Of a DNA stretch of 63,807 bases, positions 47,150-60,004 are shown piece by piece. The notes beneath the pieces were generated by a model, which was not told where the DNA came from, did not search any database, and was given only the letters and a program-made list of their open reading frames with translations. Position 1 is the stretch's first letter, and every line of letters starts with the position of its first letter. Source of the DNA: Bacteroidales bacterium (GTDB taxonomy: Bacteria; Bacteroidota; Bacteroidia; Bacteroidales; VadinHA17); the NCBI GenBank assembly GCA_025358645.1, contig JANYIW010000189.1, positions 1 through 63,807 of the forward strand, given 5' to 3'. The translations under genes were made by a program, and so were the position numbers.

Positions 47150-50100
47150 TCATAAATTTGGAGAGAGCCATTTTGCAGCTTCTTCGTTTGTAAAATTCTT
47201 CCTTTTTGCATAATCTTTAAGCTGTTCAGAATCTATCTTACCAAGATTAAAATATGTTGATCCGGGGTGTGAAAAGATATAGCCGCTAACTGATGCAGGT
47301 GGTATCATTGCAAAGTTTTCAGTGAGCCGGGCGCCTATTGCTTTTTCAGCTCCCAGGAGATCAAAGATAACTTGTTTTTCCGTATGATCAGGACAGGCAG
47401 GGTACCCCGGAGCCGGTCTTATTCCCTTATACTTCAGTTTAAGCATATCGTCAATAGAAAGATTCTCATCCTTTGCATAACCCCAGAATTCCTTTCTGAT
47501 CTTTTCGTGAAGCCATTCAGCAGCCGCTTCAGCAAGCCGGTCGCTAAGAATCCTGATCATTATAGTAGCATAATCATCCTCTTTGTACTTATCAAATGCC
47601 TCCTTATCAATATCTGCTGTCACTACAAAGGCCCCGATCCAGTCATTCAACCCGGAGCTTTCAGGAGCAATATAATCGGAAAGCGAGATATTAGGTACTC
47701 CTTTTTCTTTCGGCTCCTGGTTCCTTAAAAATCTGAATACAGATTTTGCCTTCTTACTCCCATTTTCCGATAAAATTTTAACATCATCTCCATCAGAAAC
47801 TGCAGGGAATAATTCAAATACCGCTCTTGCTGTTAAAAGCTTCTGATCAATTACCTTCTTAAGATACATTTGTGCATCATCAAATAGCTTCTTCGCCTCA
47901 ACACCTTTCACAGGATCTTTGAAAATTGCGGGGTACTTACCCGATATTTTCCAGGCAAAGAAAAGGTAGGTCCAATCTATATAATCCTTAAGCTCATCAA
48001 GGTCTATTTCGTGGATAACATGAAGCCCCGGTTTCGCCGGTTCAAATGGTTTATGAGTCTGCCAGTCAGTAAAATATTTATTCGCTCTTGCTGCGCTTAA
48101 CGAAAGAAGATTCTTTTCCGTCTGACGGGAATTGTGGTCTTCCCTCATCTTTTTATATTTTGCCTTTATTGTGGCAACATAAGAGCTGTTATCATTCTTA
48201 AGAAGCGATGAGAGTACACCTGCTGCTTTTGATGCATCTTTAACATGAATAACTGCATTTGAATAAGCAGGCGCCACTTTTACAGCGGCATGGATCTCGG
48301 AGGTTGTTGCGCCTCCAATTAACAGAGGCAATGTGATTTTTCTCCGTTCCATTTCTGATGCCACATGTACCATTTCCTCAAGAGATGGAGTTATTAATCC
48401 GCTCAGACCTATAATATCAACCTTTTCCTGTATAGCAGTGTCAATGATCTTTTCAGCCGGAACCATTACTCCAAGATCGATTATCTCATAGTTATTACAA
48501 GACAATACAACTCCGACTATATTCTTTCCAATATCATGAACATCTCCCTTGACAGTGGCAAGAAGAACCTTTCCTGCAATTTTTTTCTCCGTCCCTTCAC
48601 TCTCTTTTTCAATATATGGAGCAAGCTTTGAAACTGCTTTTTTCATCACTCGGGCACTCTTAACAACCTGGGGAAGGAACATCTTTCCTGCTCCAAAGAG
48701 ATCTCCCACTTCATTCATACCTCCCATTAATGGTCCTTCAATCAGCTCAATTGAACGTCTGAAAAGAGGTCTGGCCTCCTCAACATCCTGTTCAATAAAT
48801 TCATCGAGGCCTCTTATCAGGGAATGTTTAATACGATCAATAACAGGAAGTTGACGCCAGGCATCCTCCTTCTCAACTTTCTTTCCTTCATTATTCATCC
48901 CCTCTGCAAATTTCACAAGCCTTTCCGTAGAGTCTTTTCGCCGGTTAAGCACAACATCTTCAATAAGATGAAGTAGATCAGGCTGTATCTCAGTGTAAAC
49001 CTGCAACATACCAGGATTAACAATACCCATATCCAGCCCGGCTTTGATGGCATAGAACAGAAAAACTGAGTGTATAGCTTCGCGAACCTTGTCCGTACCA
49101 CGAAATGAAAATGAAAGATTGCTTATTCCTCCACTCACTTTGGCAAATGGAAGGTTCTGTTTAATCCATTCCGTTGTTTTAATGAAATCTATTGCATAGT
49201 TGTTATGTTCTTCAATCCCCGTTGCTATTGCCAGTACATTGGGATCGAATATAATGTCTTCAGGCGGGAATCCAAGTTTATCAACCAGAAGGCGATAACA
49301 TCTTTCAGCAACACTGATCCTCTTTGCCAGGGTGTCGGCCTGACCTTTTTCGTCAAATAACATTACGACAGCCGCCGCTCCATATTTCCTTAATGTATGG
49401 GCATGTGCAAGAAATACCTCCTCGCCTTCCTTCAGACTTATGGAATTTACTATTGATTTGCCCTGTATACATTTAAGCGCTGATTCAATTGTATTCCAGC
49501 GGGAAGAGTCAATCATCAGAGGAAGCTTTGAAATGTCGGGTTCAGCCATTATCAGATTAACAAACTTTACCATTGCTTTTTCCGAATCAAGCATAGCTTC
49601 ATCCATACAGATATCAATTACCTGTGCTCCTCCTTCAACCTGATTCCGTGCAACTTTCAGCGCCTCATCATATTTTTCCTCCCTGATAAGTCTTGCAAAT
49701 TTTATTGATCCTGATACATTGGTTCGTTCGCCAATATTCACGAAATTGGTTTCAGGTGTAATTGTTAATACCTCAAGGCCACTCAGCTTGGTATATTTCT
49801 TAATTTCCGGTTTTACTCTTGGTTTATATTGTTTTGAAGCTTCTGCTATCTTCCGGATATGTTCAGGAGTGGTGCCACAACAACCTCCGATAATGTTTAT
49901 CCATCCTTCTTTCATAAATTCTCCGGCAATTGACGCCATAAATGATGCGGACTGATCATATTCACCAAACTGATTTGGAAGTCCTGCATTTGGATGGACA
50001 GAAACATAAAAACCTGTCTTCAGTGACAATTCCTCAACAAATGGCCTTAATTGTTCGATTCCAAGCGCGCAGTTCAGCCCTATACTGAAGAGAGGAAAAT

Positions 50101-50800
50101 GTGAGACAGAAACCATAAATGCTTCGAGAGTCTGACCCGTTAAGGTCCTTCCGCTTGCATCGGTAATAGTACCGGATACCATCACTGGCAGAGTTAACTT
50201 TTTTTCTTCAAATACCGAATCAATCGCGAATAATGCAGCCTTGCAGTTCAGAACATCGAATATTGTCTCAACAAGCAGGATATGTACTCCTCCGTCAATA
50301 AGTCCGCGGGTCTGCTCAGAATATGCCTCAACAAGTTCATCAAAAGAGATTGCTCTGGCTCCGGGATCATTTACATCCGAAGACATTGATGCCGTGCGAT
50401 TTGTTGGTCCCAGGGTTCCTGCTATAAAATGGGTTTCCGGTTCATTCGAATTTTCAAATTCACGAATTGCTTCAGCCGCCAGATGTGCCGACTGAAGGTT
50501 CATATTATAGACATGATCCTCCATTCCATAATCCGACATTGAGATCCTGTTGGAGTTAAATGTATTTGTTGTAATTATATCTGCTCCGGCTTCAAGATAT
50601 CCACGGTGTATACCTTTAATTATTTCAGGTTTTGTGATTGACAAAAGGTCATTATTTCCCTTCTGAAGTTTAGGATGATCTCTGAACTCCTCGCCACGGT
50701 AATCATTTTCCAGAAGCTTGTGTTTCTGGATCATCGTCCCCATTGCGCCATCGAGGATGAGGATTTTCTGTCTAATTATTGCTTCTAATTTTTGCTTCAA
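47150..50800 (-). CDS. metH: cobalamin-dependent methionine synthase
   Basis: 1216 aa. Hcy-binding ([10 protein letters not shown]), pterin-binding, B12-binding ([10 protein letters not shown]) and AdoMet-activation domains, all in order. Confidence 0.97.
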   Translation of the reverse strand: MKQKLEAIIRQKILILDGAMGTMIQKHKLLENDYRGEEFRDHPKLQKGNNDLLSITKPEIIKGIHRGYLEAGADIITTNTFNSNRISMSDYGMEDHVYNMNLQSAHLAAEAIREFENSNEPETHFIAGTLGPTNRTASMSSDVNDPGARAISFDELVEAYSEQTRGLIDGGVHILLVETIFDVLNCKAALFAIDSVFEEKKLTLPVMVSGTITDASGRTLTGQTLEAFMVSVSHFPLFSIGLNCALGIEQLRPFVEELSLKTGFYVSVHPNAGLPNQFGEYDQSASFMASIAGEFMKEGWINIIGGCCGTTPEHIRKIAEASKQYKPRVKPEIKKYTKLSGLEVLTITPETNFVNIGERTNVSGSIKFARLIREEKYDEALKVARNQVEGGAQVIDICMDEAMLDSEKAMVKFVNLIMAEPDISKLPLMIDSSRWNTIESALKCIQGKSIVNSISLKEGEEVFLAHAHTLRKYGAAAVVMLFDEKGQADTLAKRISVAERCYRLLVDKLGFPPEDIIFDPNVLAIATGIEEHNNYAIDFIKTTEWIKQNLPFAKVSGGISNLSFSFRGTDKVREAIHSVFLFYAIKAGLDMGIVNPGMLQVYTEIQPDLLHLIEDVVLNRRKDSTERLVKFAEGMNNEGKKVEKEDAWRQLPVIDRIKHSLIRGLDEFIEQDVEEARPLFRRSIELIEGPLMGGMNEVGDLFGAGKMFLPQVVKSARVMKKAVSKLAPYIEKESEGTEKKIAGKVLLATVKGDVHDIGKNIVGVVLSCNNYEIIDLGVMVPAEKIIDTAIQEKVDIIGLSGLITPSLEEMVHVASEMERRKITLPLLIGGATTSEIHAAVKVAPAYSNAVIHVKDASKAAGVLSSLLKNDNSSYVATIKAKYKKMREDHNSRQTEKNLLSLSAARANKYFTDWQTHKPFEPAKPGLHVIHEIDLDELKDYIDWTYLFFAWKISGKYPAIFKDPVKGVEAKKLFDDAQMYLKKVIDQKLLTARAVFELFPAVSDGDDVKILSENGSKKAKSVFRFLRNQEPKEKGVPNISLSDYIAPESSGLNDWIGAFVVTADIDKEAFDKYKEDDYATIMIRILSDRLAEAAAEWLHEKIRKEFWGYAKDENLSIDDMLKLKYKGIRPAPGYPACPDHTEKQVIFDLLGAEKAIGARLTENFAMIPPASVSGYIFSHPGSTYFNLGKIDSEQLKDYAKRKNFTNEEAAKWLSPNL

Positions 50801-50846
50801 TTTGCTAAGATATTAGTTTACAATATTCCTGGTTACAAATTTAAGA

Positions 50847-51027
50847 AATCAATGAATCAACCACCCCTCCCGATAGCAATCGGGACGGGAAATAAAATAC
50901 TGTATATATAAGATAATCAATCTTCCCGACCACCCCTCCTTCAAAAGGATGGGAAACTTTTTTACGCAGTTTCTCATTCATCCCCATAGCTTCTCTTGAC
51001 GGCTATGCCCTTTAGGGGGTTTGGGGG
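50847..51027. repeat. solo arm (copy C, inverted) of the DUF559-bearing palindromic element
   Basis: This is the reverse complement of copy A's left arm, including the gattgctatcggg insert. It ends in TTGACGGCTATG (50996-51007) plus ccctttagggggtttggggg. It fills the metH-hom spacer and overlaps the hom 3' end. Confidence 0.75.
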
Positions 51028-52221
51028 TATTTTTCTTCCTGTATTCACTATAAAAACATCCAGATCCCGAAGTTGTTCCCTTAAGGCATAAAGTCTTTGC
51101 AGATTCACCACTCCTATTACATATTTATAAAATCTACCGCTAAAGTATTCCGAGACTTCATCAAATCCAAATAATTCCTTATCCTTTTCATCATTGTACC
51201 TTAAATATATCTCGAGTTTGAAGTCGCGGGTATATTTGGATACTGTGCCCTGACGGAACTTTTTATATTCATACCTGTAACCATACGAATTCGCTGATAT
51301 GTCTGAAAGAACAGCGCTACCCGTTGCATGTCCACCTGCTCCTTTTCCACTGAAAAATTGTTTATCGGCAAAGGCAGCCTCGGTAATTACTCCATTATAT
51401 TCATTATCGACATTATACAGGTATTTATCGGATGAAATAAACCGTGGAAGAACGAAACTGGTTATTGTATTTTCATTTGTTTTGCCCACATAAGGGACAA
51501 GTTTAATCTTAAATCCTTTTTCTTTTGCATACTGGATATCAAATTTTGATATCGTATTGATCCCATAATGAAAGACTTGTCCGGGATCAAGAAACAGGCC
51601 ATAAGCATGGCCGGTAATGATACAAAGTTTGTATTTTGCATCCCACCCTTCAACATCAAGAGTAGGGTCCGATTCTGCAAATCCTTTTTCTTGCGCTTCT
51701 TTCAATGCCTCCTCGTAAGGTAATCCCTCATTATGCATTTTTGTAAGGATATAATTTGTGGTTCCATTAAGAATTCCACGCAGAGAGTACAACAACTCAT
51801 TGTCGTAATATTCCTCAAGGTTTCTTATTATGGGAATGCTCGCACCTGCCGAAGCCTCATACAGGAGAGATACCTTAAACTCCGCCTGCATATCAACCAG
51901 CTCCTTAAAATGGTTGGCCACCATCATCTTATTGGCAGTCACAACATTTTTCCCGCTTTTCATTGCTGTTGTAACTATATTGAATGCTTCATCCGGATCA
52001 TCAATTAATTCAACAATAAGGTTTATTGAAGGATCGTTCAGTATATCATTTTTATCATAAGTGAAATTTGTCATCGGGATCCTTCTCTTTTTTGTAGGAT
52101 CCTTAACACAAATCTTCACAATATCGGCTTTGAAACCTTTGCTGCTATTGAGCACATCATGTAGTCCCTGACCAACGCAGCCGTAACCGAATAAACCAAT
52201 TCTCAATTTTTCCTGTGTCAT
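50974..52221 (-). CDS. hom: homoserine dehydrogenase
   Basis: 415 aa. N-terminal Rossmann loop GLFGYGCVGQG and the central catalytic region (..ILNGTTNYIL..., ..AESDPTLDVEGWDA..). The last ~18 codons (..IPPNPLKGIAVKRSYGDE*) are encoded by repeat copy C. Confidence 0.85.
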   Translation of the reverse strand: MTQEKLRIGLFGYGCVGQGLHDVLNSSKGFKADIVKICVKDPTKKRRIPMTNFTYDKNDILNDPSINLIVELIDDPDEAFNIVTTAMKSGKNVVTANKMMVANHFKELVDMQAEFKVSLLYEASAGASIPIIRNLEEYYDNELLYSLRGILNGTTNYILTKMHNEGLPYEEALKEAQEKGFAESDPTLDVEGWDAKYKLCIITGHAYGLFLDPGQVFHYGINTISKFDIQYAKEKGFKIKLVPYVGKTNENTITSFVLPRFISSDKYLYNVDNEYNGVITEAAFADKQFFSGKGAGGHATGSAVLSDISANSYGYRYEYKKFRQGTVSKYTRDFKLEIYLRYNDEKDKELFGFDEVSEYFSGRFYKYVIGVVNLQRLYALREQLRDLDVFIVNTGRKIPPNPLKGIAVKRSYGDE

Positions 52222-52223
52222 TT

Positions 52224-53699
<1,476 letters not shown>

Positions 53700-53716
53700 T
53701 CATGGTATCCGTGTTT

Positions 53717-53832
53717 AATTTTTATCATCTCCCGGCTTTCCGGGATTAGGTTTTGGCACCGTTTTCCTAATCTCAGGATTGGTTGCCAGGGTTTCGCAGA
53801 GCCTAATCTCTTCACCCTTCTTAATAAAAACC
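53717..53832 (-). promoter_or_regulatory. SAM-I (S-box) riboswitch aptamer
   Basis: The minus strand reads UUUUUAUUAAGAAGGGUGAAGAGAUUAGGCUCUGCGAAACCCUGGCAACCAAUCCUGAGAUUAGGAAAACGGUGCCAAAACCUAAUCCCGGAAAGCCGGGAGAUGAUAAAAA. It aligns block for block with the SAM-I consensus (..AAGAG.GG.G.AGGGA..GGCCC..GAAACCC.GCAACC....GGUGCCAA..CC..[P4 hairpin]..AGAUGA..), with a P1 of UUUUUAU/AUAAAAA. It lies upstream of metY. Confidence 0.85.
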
Positions 53833-53950
53833 AAACACTCTAAAAAAGGAAGGAATATTTGATTTGTAAGGGCAAAGGTAAAAAGGATTTTTGAAACTGC
53901 AAAGAAAATTATCTTTGTTACCTGTTTTTTAACCCCAAAACTATTTTTTA

Positions 53951-54036
53951 CCTCCCAACCTCCTAACCCCCCAACCCCCCAAATGCCTGCCTGTCGCCTG
54001 CCTGCCGGTAGGCAGGGTAGGCAGGGGGGGCTATTT
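53951..54036. repeat. C-run repeat plus a C6-AAAT-G6 motif interrupted by the CTGCC/GGCAG module
   Basis: 53951-53985 is the reverse complement of the 44545-type G-run unit. 53965-53985 (aaccccccaaccccccaaatg) and 54024-54036 (gggggggctattta) together reproduce the 8157-8186 arm, but are split by cctgcctgtcgcctgcctgccggtaggcagggtaggca. Confidence 0.75.
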
Positions 54037-54091
54037 AAGTGGTCAGCCATCGTTTATGATGTTTGGAGGAAGAAAAAACTAATATTTACCT

Positions 54092-54099
54092 TATTTTTG
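54092..54099 (+). promoter_or_regulatory. candidate -7 box (TATTTTTG) for cysS
   Basis: A TAnnTTTG match 21 nt upstream of ATG 54120. This supports the shorter cysS start. Confidence 0.45.
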
Positions 54100-54119
54100 T
54101 CATACCAAACAACCAGATA

Positions 54120-55616
54120 ATGCAAAACAACCTTTTCATTTATAACAGTCTTTCAAAGAAGAAAGAAGCTTTCAAACCAATTCATCCTCCATTTGTCGGG
54201 ATTTATGTTTGCGGTCCGACAGTATACAGCGATACCCACCTCGGACATTCCCGTCCTGCAATAACCTTCGATTTGCTTTTCCGCTATCTCACACATCTTG
54301 AGTACAAGGTTCGGTATGTCCGGAATATAACTGATGTCGGACACCTTGAAAATGAGACACTTGGAGAAGGCGAAGATCGTATAGAAAAAAAGGCCAGACA
54401 GGAACAGATTGAGCCTATGGAAGTTGTACAAAAATATGTGAATGCATACCACAAAAACATGGAACAGCTTAACACGCTGTCACCTTCAATTGAACCAAGA
54501 GCAGCCGGACATATAATCGAACAAATAGAACTGATAAAGACCCTGATTAAGAGCGGTTATGCTTATGAATCCAATGGCTCTGTATATTTCGATATATTGA
54601 AATACAATGAGAAATACAGATATGGTAAACTCTCGGGCAGGGTCCTGGATGAGCTGATGAGCAACACGCGAAACATCGAAGGACAGGAGGAAAAACGTAA
54701 CCCATTCGATTTTGCTCTCTGGAAAAAGGCCAGCCCGGAACATCTTATGAGATGGCCCTCCCCCTGGAGTATTGGGTTCCCCGGATGGCACCTGGAATGT
54801 TCTGCCATGAGTATCAAATATCTTGGTGAAGAATTTGATATCCACGGAGGAGGAATGGATCTCCAGTTTCCCCATCATGAGTGTGAAATAGCCCAGTCAA
54901 CTGCTGCTCTTGGAAAAGAATCAGTCCATTACTGGATGCACAATAATATGATCACCATAAACGGTCAGAAGATGGCGCGTTCACTTGGCAATTTTATTAC
55001 TCTCGATCAGCTTTTCAGTGGTGATCATCCAGCATTACAGCAGGCATATTCACCGATGACAATTCGTTTTTTCATCCTGCAGGCACATTATCGCAGTACT
55101 ATTGATTTCTCAAATGAAGCTCTCCAGGCTGCAGAAAAAGGATTTCAGAAACTGATGAAAGCCATAGAGTCGCTAAAAAAACTCAAACCTTCAGATAGTT
55201 CAACAATTGATGTTATCAGACTGAAGGAAAAATGCTATGAGGCACTCGATGATGATCTGAATAGTCCTATTGTCTTATCTCATCTATTTGAAGGAGTGAG
55301 ATTTATCAATTCAGTTCTTGACGGAAGTGAGAAAATCGACGCTTCCGGGCTTGAGTCATTAAAAATACTATTCAACACATTTGTTTTTGAGATTCTTGGA
55401 TTAAAAGATGAATCTGCCGGGATAGGTGATGAAAAACTGACCGGGGAATTAATGAAGATTATAATCGATTTAAGACAGACAGCAAAGAACCGGAAGGAAT
55501 TTGAGGTTTCGGATAAAATCCGTAAAGAGCTTAACAATCTTGGGATAACAATTAAAGACAGGAAAGATGGGACACCGGAATGGGAGAAGGATCCCGACAG
55601 GGAGTCAAACAAATGA
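54120..55616 (+). CDS. cysS: cysteine--tRNA ligase
   Basis: Preferred start is [18 protein letters not shown]. Motifs: [13 protein letters not shown] (HIGH), FPGWHLEC and KMARS (KMSKS). Confidence 0.95.
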   Translation: MQNNLFIYNSLSKKKEAFKPIHPPFVGIYVCGPTVYSDTHLGHSRPAITFDLLFRYLTHLEYKVRYVRNITDVGHLENETLGEGEDRIEKKARQEQIEPMEVVQKYVNAYHKNMEQLNTLSPSIEPRAAGHIIEQIELIKTLIKSGYAYESNGSVYFDILKYNEKYRYGKLSGRVLDELMSNTRNIEGQEEKRNPFDFALWKKASPEHLMRWPSPWSIGFPGWHLECSAMSIKYLGEEFDIHGGGMDLQFPHHECEIAQSTAALGKESVHYWMHNNMITINGQKMARSLGNFITLDQLFSGDHPALQQAYSPMTIRFFILQAHYRSTIDFSNEALQAAEKGFQKLMKAIESLKKLKPSDSSTIDVIRLKEKCYEALDDDLNSPIVLSHLFEGVRFINSVLDGSEKIDASGLESLKILFNTFVFEILGLKDESAGIGDEKLTGELMKIIIDLRQTAKNRKEFEVSDKIRKELNNLGITIKDRKDGTPEWEKDPDRESNK

Positions 55617-57511
55617 AAAACATCATAGAAAATACGGATTTGTCCTCCTCCCGGGGAGGGTCTGGGTATAAGTCTTCAGTAGTCTCAATCGGTTCTACCC
55701 CCCTGGGAGGCAACAACCCTATCCGTATTCAATCGATGACAAACACCGATACACTCAACACTAAAGAATCTGTTGCCCAGTGTATTAGGATTATTGAAGC
55801 CGGAGCCGATTATGTGCGACTTACCGCACAAGGAATCAGAGAAGCAGAGAACCTTGCCATCATAAAAAAGGAGTTGCGAAAAGCCGGGTTTGAAACTCCT
55901 TTAATAGCTGATATTCATTTTAATCCTGCTGCTGCCGAAACAGCCGCCAGGCTTGTAGAAAAGGTGAGGATCAACCCCGGAAACTATGCTGAGAAAAGAG
56001 CATCTTTTGATAAACAGGAGTTTACTGATGCAGAATACAACGAGGAGCTCGGGAGAATCCATACTAAGCTGCTTCCACTGATAAATATTTGCCGGGAAAA
56101 TAAAACTGTGATCCGCATCGGAATCAATCATGGTTCGCTCTCCGACCGGATTATGACCCGCTTCGGAAACACCCCAAAAGGAATGGTATATTCTGCTCTG
56201 GAGTTTATCAGGATTTTCAGGGCAGAGAATTTCAGCGATCTTGTTCTCTCAATGAAATCATCCGACACTGCAATAATGATCGAAGCTACCCGGATGCTTA
56301 TAAAAATGCTGCAAAGCGAAGAATTATCATATCCCATTCATCTTGGCGTTACTGAAGCCGGAGAGGGAGAAGACGGCAGGATAAGATCAGCTGCAGGAAT
56401 CGGAGCCCTCCTTGCAGAAGGAATTGGCGATACAATAAGGGTCTCACTATCAGAAGATCCGGAGAAAGAGATACCTGTTGCAAGAAAACTTGCAGGTTAT
56501 TATCCCAGAGGAATATCCCTTAAGGCGCCCGATAAACCGTTAACGTATAAGGTTCCATCATCCAAACCGGAAATCCTGAAAAGAATTAATGGTCCGTTGA
56601 TAGTTTCAAATATGACATCCTATCCGGAATTAAATTCAGTAGTATATAATAATTCCGGGTTTAAAACAGACACAATAACCGGTGAGATAAAAAAGACTGA
56701 TGGTTCGGCGGATCTGATTATAGTTAAAAATTGTCCTGAAATCATCCCTGAAAATGTTTTTCTTGTCCTTCCTTACAGGATATGGTTTGATAAGCGGGAA
56801 ATTGACAGAATCTACCCTTTGTTTTCTCCCGAGACTTTTCAGGATAGTCCATTTAAATCGGGGAAATTAAATCTCCTGCTTACAGGTTCTAACTTCAATA
56901 TTGAATATCTTAGAAATCCTGATCCTGAAACTGTTCTGATTATGTTTACTTTTAATCCTGAAAAAGAGCAGTATGCGACCGACTATTTTCTCAATGCTCT
57001 TGAAGAAAACAACCTGAGTCATAATATAGCGCTGAATCCTGTTTTCAGTGAAAACAATCTGGAAGATCTGCAAATCAAAGCTTCATCACTTTTAGGTCGT
57101 TACATTCTGGACAGAAGAGTTACCGGAATCTCTATCACTAACACCGGAGATATTGATTTGAAAGATGTCACTGCTCTTGCCTTTTCCATATTACAATGTA
57201 CCGAAACGCGCATCACACGGACAATCTATCTGTCGTGTCCGACATGCGGTCGTACAAAATTCAACCTGCAGGAATCAGTAAAAAAGGTGAAAGAAGCTAC
57301 CGGGCATCTGACAGGATTAAAAATAGCTGTAATGGGCTGCATTGTCAATGGACCGGGCGAAATGGCAGGGGCCGACTACGGATATGTGGGGGCAGCCGAT
57401 GGTAAAGTTCATATATACAGAGGGACAATACCTGTTCTGAAAAACGTTCCTGAAAAAGATGCAGTCAAGGAGTTATTGAAAGTGATTCAAAATGATCAGG
57501 CTAACTTATAA
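55613..57511 (+). CDS. ispG: 4-hydroxy-3-methylbut-2-enyl diphosphate synthase (long Bacteroidota-type with insert domain)
   Basis: The ATGA start overlaps the cysS stop. Motifs: [24 protein letters not shown] and C-terminal CPTCGRT...GCIVNGPGE. Confidence 0.92.
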   Translation: MKNIIENTDLSSSRGGSGYKSSVVSIGSTPLGGNNPIRIQSMTNTDTLNTKESVAQCIRIIEAGADYVRLTAQGIREAENLAIIKKELRKAGFETPLIADIHFNPAAAETAARLVEKVRINPGNYAEKRASFDKQEFTDAEYNEELGRIHTKLLPLINICRENKTVIRIGINHGSLSDRIMTRFGNTPKGMVYSALEFIRIFRAENFSDLVLSMKSSDTAIMIEATRMLIKMLQSEELSYPIHLGVTEAGEGEDGRIRSAAGIGALLAEGIGDTIRVSLSEDPEKEIPVARKLAGYYPRGISLKAPDKPLTYKVPSSKPEILKRINGPLIVSNMTSYPELNSVVYNNSGFKTDTITGEIKKTDGSADLIIVKNCPEIIPENVFLVLPYRIWFDKREIDRIYPLFSPETFQDSPFKSGKLNLLLTGSNFNIEYLRNPDPETVLIMFTFNPEKEQYATDYFLNALEENNLSHNIALNPVFSENNLEDLQIKASSLLGRYILDRRVTGISITNTGDIDLKDVTALAFSILQCTETRITRTIYLSCPTCGRTKFNLQESVKKVKEATGHLTGLKIAVMGCIVNGPGEMAGADYGYVGAADGKVHIYRGTIPVLKNVPEKDAVKELLKVIQNDQANL

Positions 57512-59625
57512 TCCAGCTGCTTCTTCTGAAGATCTGCCTTCACAACTTCAATATTAATACGGTCTCCCAGAGTGTATATTTTGCCTGTTGACCGTCCTTT
57601 TATACAATAGTTCTCCTCATCATATTCATAGTAATCATCGGCAAGCTCACGGATATGTATCATTCCTTCACACTGATTCTCAATTATCTCCACATAAATT
57701 CCCCACTCTGTGACCCCTGAAATTACACCTTCAAACACCTTCCCGGTCTTATCGCTCATATACTCAACCTGCTTGTACTTAACAGATGCTCTTTCTGCCT
57801 CAGCAGCAGTCCTTTCCATCTTTGATGAGTGATTACAAAGTTTTTCATACTTATCCTTGCTACCAGGATTTTCTTCAGCAAGATAAGCAGTCATAAGCCG
57901 GTGTACCATCATGTCGGGATAACGACGTATCGGAGAAGTAAAGTGGGTATAATATTTGAATGAAAGTCCGTAATGACCTATATTGTCTGTTGAATAGATC
58001 GCTTTTGCCATCGATCTGAGAGCGAGTGTCTCAATGATATTCTGTTCCTTTTTCCCTGCCACGGAGTGCAATAATTTATTCATTGCCTTTGGCAGCGATG
58101 TCTTATCATCTTCAATCAGTTTATAACCAAACCGGGTAATAAAATGGCCGAAGTTACTTATCTTCTCCGGATCAGGTTTATCGTGAATGCGGTAAACAAA
58201 TGTTTTACCTCTGAGTTTTTTACCAACATATTCTGCAACACGTTTATTTGCCAGAAGCATGAATTCCTCAATAAGCTGATTAGCTGTACCCATTTCCCGA
58301 AATTTTATGCCGAGTGGCTTTCCTGCTTCATCAAGATCAAATCTTACTTCAATTTTTTCAAAAGCAAAAGCGCCCGAGGCAAATCTTTTTGCCCTGAGTT
58401 GCTGTGCAAGCCGGTGAAGCAAAGTGACTTGTTCTTTCATATCACCTTCGCCGGTGTCAATCACCTTCTGCGCTTCACCATAAGAGAACCTTTTATCAGA
58501 ATTGATAATTGTTCTTCCAAACCATTCAGTAATTACTTCAGACTTATCATTCAGTTCAAAAACTGCCGAATATGTAAGTTTATCTTCAGCCGGATTAAGA
58601 GAGCAGATATGATTAGAAAGTCTTTCCGGGAGCATGGGCACAACCCTGTCAACCAGATATATTGATGTGGCTCTTTGCTTAGCTTCCTCTTCCACCAGCG
58701 AATCCATTTTCACATAATGGGTCACATCGGCAATATGAATGCCAACTTCCCAGTTTCCATTCTCAAGCTGTTTAAGAGAAAGAGCATCATCAAAATCCTT
58801 TGCATCGGCAGGATCGATTGTAAATGTGGAAATTTTCCGGAAGTCGCGACGAACCTTTATATCGTTTTCTGTGATCTCCCCCCGGATTTTTTCAGCATCT
58901 GCCTCAACTTCTTCAGTAAAATTATAAGGAAGTTCAAATTCTGCAAGAATTGCATGCATCTCCGTTTCGTGGAGACCAGGATAACCAAGGACATTAATGA
59001 TCTCAGCTACAGGATTTTTCGATTTGGGGTCCCAGTCTACTACTTTTGCAACTGCTTTCTGCCCTTGTTTTGCACCATTTAGTTTGGATGTAGGTATAAA
59101 AAGGTCAAATGGCATGTTCTTGTTATCGGGAATGAGAAATGCGAAGTTGGGCATGATCTCAACAGTACCGACAAATGATGTTCTCCATCTCTCAATAATC
59201 TCAACTACCTCTCCTTCAGGTCTTGCTCCTTTCCTCTTTGCATAAAGCCATACTTTAACCTTGTCGCCATGAAGAGCTGTTTTCAGATTTTTAGCGCTGA
59301 CAAATACATCGTCCTCGAGATCGTCGGTCGATATGAAGCCATATCCCATCCGTGTCATGTCAACAGTTCCTGTGATATAACCACGGGTTATCTTTGCTTT
59401 GTACTTGCCATGAAATATCTCCTGTACAGAACCCTGTTTTGTCAGTTCCCCTAAAATATCCAAAATCAACTCTCTTCCCGGAGAATCAGTAATATTAAGA
59501 CGTTTGGCGATCTGCTTATAATTAAACCCCTGCTCGGGGTTTTTGGTCAATGCTGCAAGTATTTGTCCGGTAAGCGATTCCCTTGAAATACCGGAATCTC
59601 CATTACCCTTTCCCTTCTTACTCAT
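57496..59625 (-). CDS. rnr: ribonuclease R
   Basis: 709 aa. N-terminal HTH/OB region, RNB domain (TIDPADAKDFDDA, HYGL, FTSPIRRYPD) and a C-terminal S1 domain. Confidence 0.95.
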   Translation of the reverse strand: MSKKGKGNGDSGISRESLTGQILAALTKNPEQGFNYKQIAKRLNITDSPGRELILDILGELTKQGSVQEIFHGKYKAKITRGYITGTVDMTRMGYGFISTDDLEDDVFVSAKNLKTALHGDKVKVWLYAKRKGARPEGEVVEIIERWRTSFVGTVEIMPNFAFLIPDNKNMPFDLFIPTSKLNGAKQGQKAVAKVVDWDPKSKNPVAEIINVLGYPGLHETEMHAILAEFELPYNFTEEVEADAEKIRGEITENDIKVRRDFRKISTFTIDPADAKDFDDALSLKQLENGNWEVGIHIADVTHYVKMDSLVEEEAKQRATSIYLVDRVVPMLPERLSNHICSLNPAEDKLTYSAVFELNDKSEVITEWFGRTIINSDKRFSYGEAQKVIDTGEGDMKEQVTLLHRLAQQLRAKRFASGAFAFEKIEVRFDLDEAGKPLGIKFREMGTANQLIEEFMLLANKRVAEYVGKKLRGKTFVYRIHDKPDPEKISNFGHFITRFGYKLIEDDKTSLPKAMNKLLHSVAGKKEQNIIETLALRSMAKAIYSTDNIGHYGLSFKYYTHFTSPIRRYPDMMVHRLMTAYLAEENPGSKDKYEKLCNHSSKMERTAAEAERASVKYKQVEYMSDKTGKVFEGVISGVTEWGIYVEIIENQCEGMIHIRELADDYYEYDEENYCIKGRSTGKIYTLGDRINIEVVKADLQKKQLDYKLA

Positions 59626-59669
59626 AATTCAGTTTTTGCAAAGGTACAAAAAGGAACCATAAATTTTAA

Positions 59670-59677
59670 TACATTTG
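59670..59677 (+). promoter_or_regulatory. candidate -7 box (TACATTTG) for the PqqD-kinase-ABC cassette
   Basis: A TAnnTTTG match 19 nt upstream of ATG 59696, in the 70-nt divergent spacer with rnr. Confidence 0.45.
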
Positions 59678-59695
59678 GTTGATAATTAGAATTCA

Positions 59696-59980
59696 ATGGC
59701 AGGCCTGAAATCGATACTCTCTCAATCTACAGCAATTGTTACCAGGAAAACCGGAAATGAATATGTTCTTGTTCCTATTACTAATAACATAGCAGATATG
59801 AACAGTGTTTATACTCTGAATGAGACCGGTGCATTCATTTGGGAACATATTGACGGGAAAAGAACAGTTGAAGAAATAATCACGGAACTGATGAATGAGT
59901 ATGAGATAGACAAACAAAATGCTGAGTCAGATGTTTTTATATTTATTAGTAACATGAATAAATACCTGATTATTCATTAA
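59696..59980 (+). CDS. PqqD-family protein (RiPP recognition element-like peptide chaperone)
   Basis: 94 aa. ..YVLVP....YTLNETGAFIWEHIDGKRTVEEIITELMNEYEID...AESDVFIFISNM.. follows the PqqD/RRE pattern: a beta-strand, then 'LN.tg..iw..idG..tv.ei...l...y.v......Dv..fl..l'. Confidence 0.8.
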   Translation: MAGLKSILSQSTAIVTRKTGNEYVLVPITNNIADMNSVYTLNETGAFIWEHIDGKRTVEEIITELMNEYEIDKQNAESDVFIFISNMNKYLIIH

Positions 59981-60004
59981 TCAGGTAATTTTTTATCGAT
60001 AAAT

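Noticed and set aside
53754-53772. TGGCAC (plus strand) as a sigma-54 -24 element, given that rpoN is in the window.
   Set aside because: No TTGC -12 element follows at the right spacing, and the hexamer is simply the complement of the conserved GGUGCCAA of the SAM-I aptamer.
57496-57511. 16-nt overlap of the convergent ispG and rnr 3' ends.
   Set aside because: Both ends are consistent with full-length homologues. Short convergent overlaps are common in compact genomes, and no additional structure is evident.
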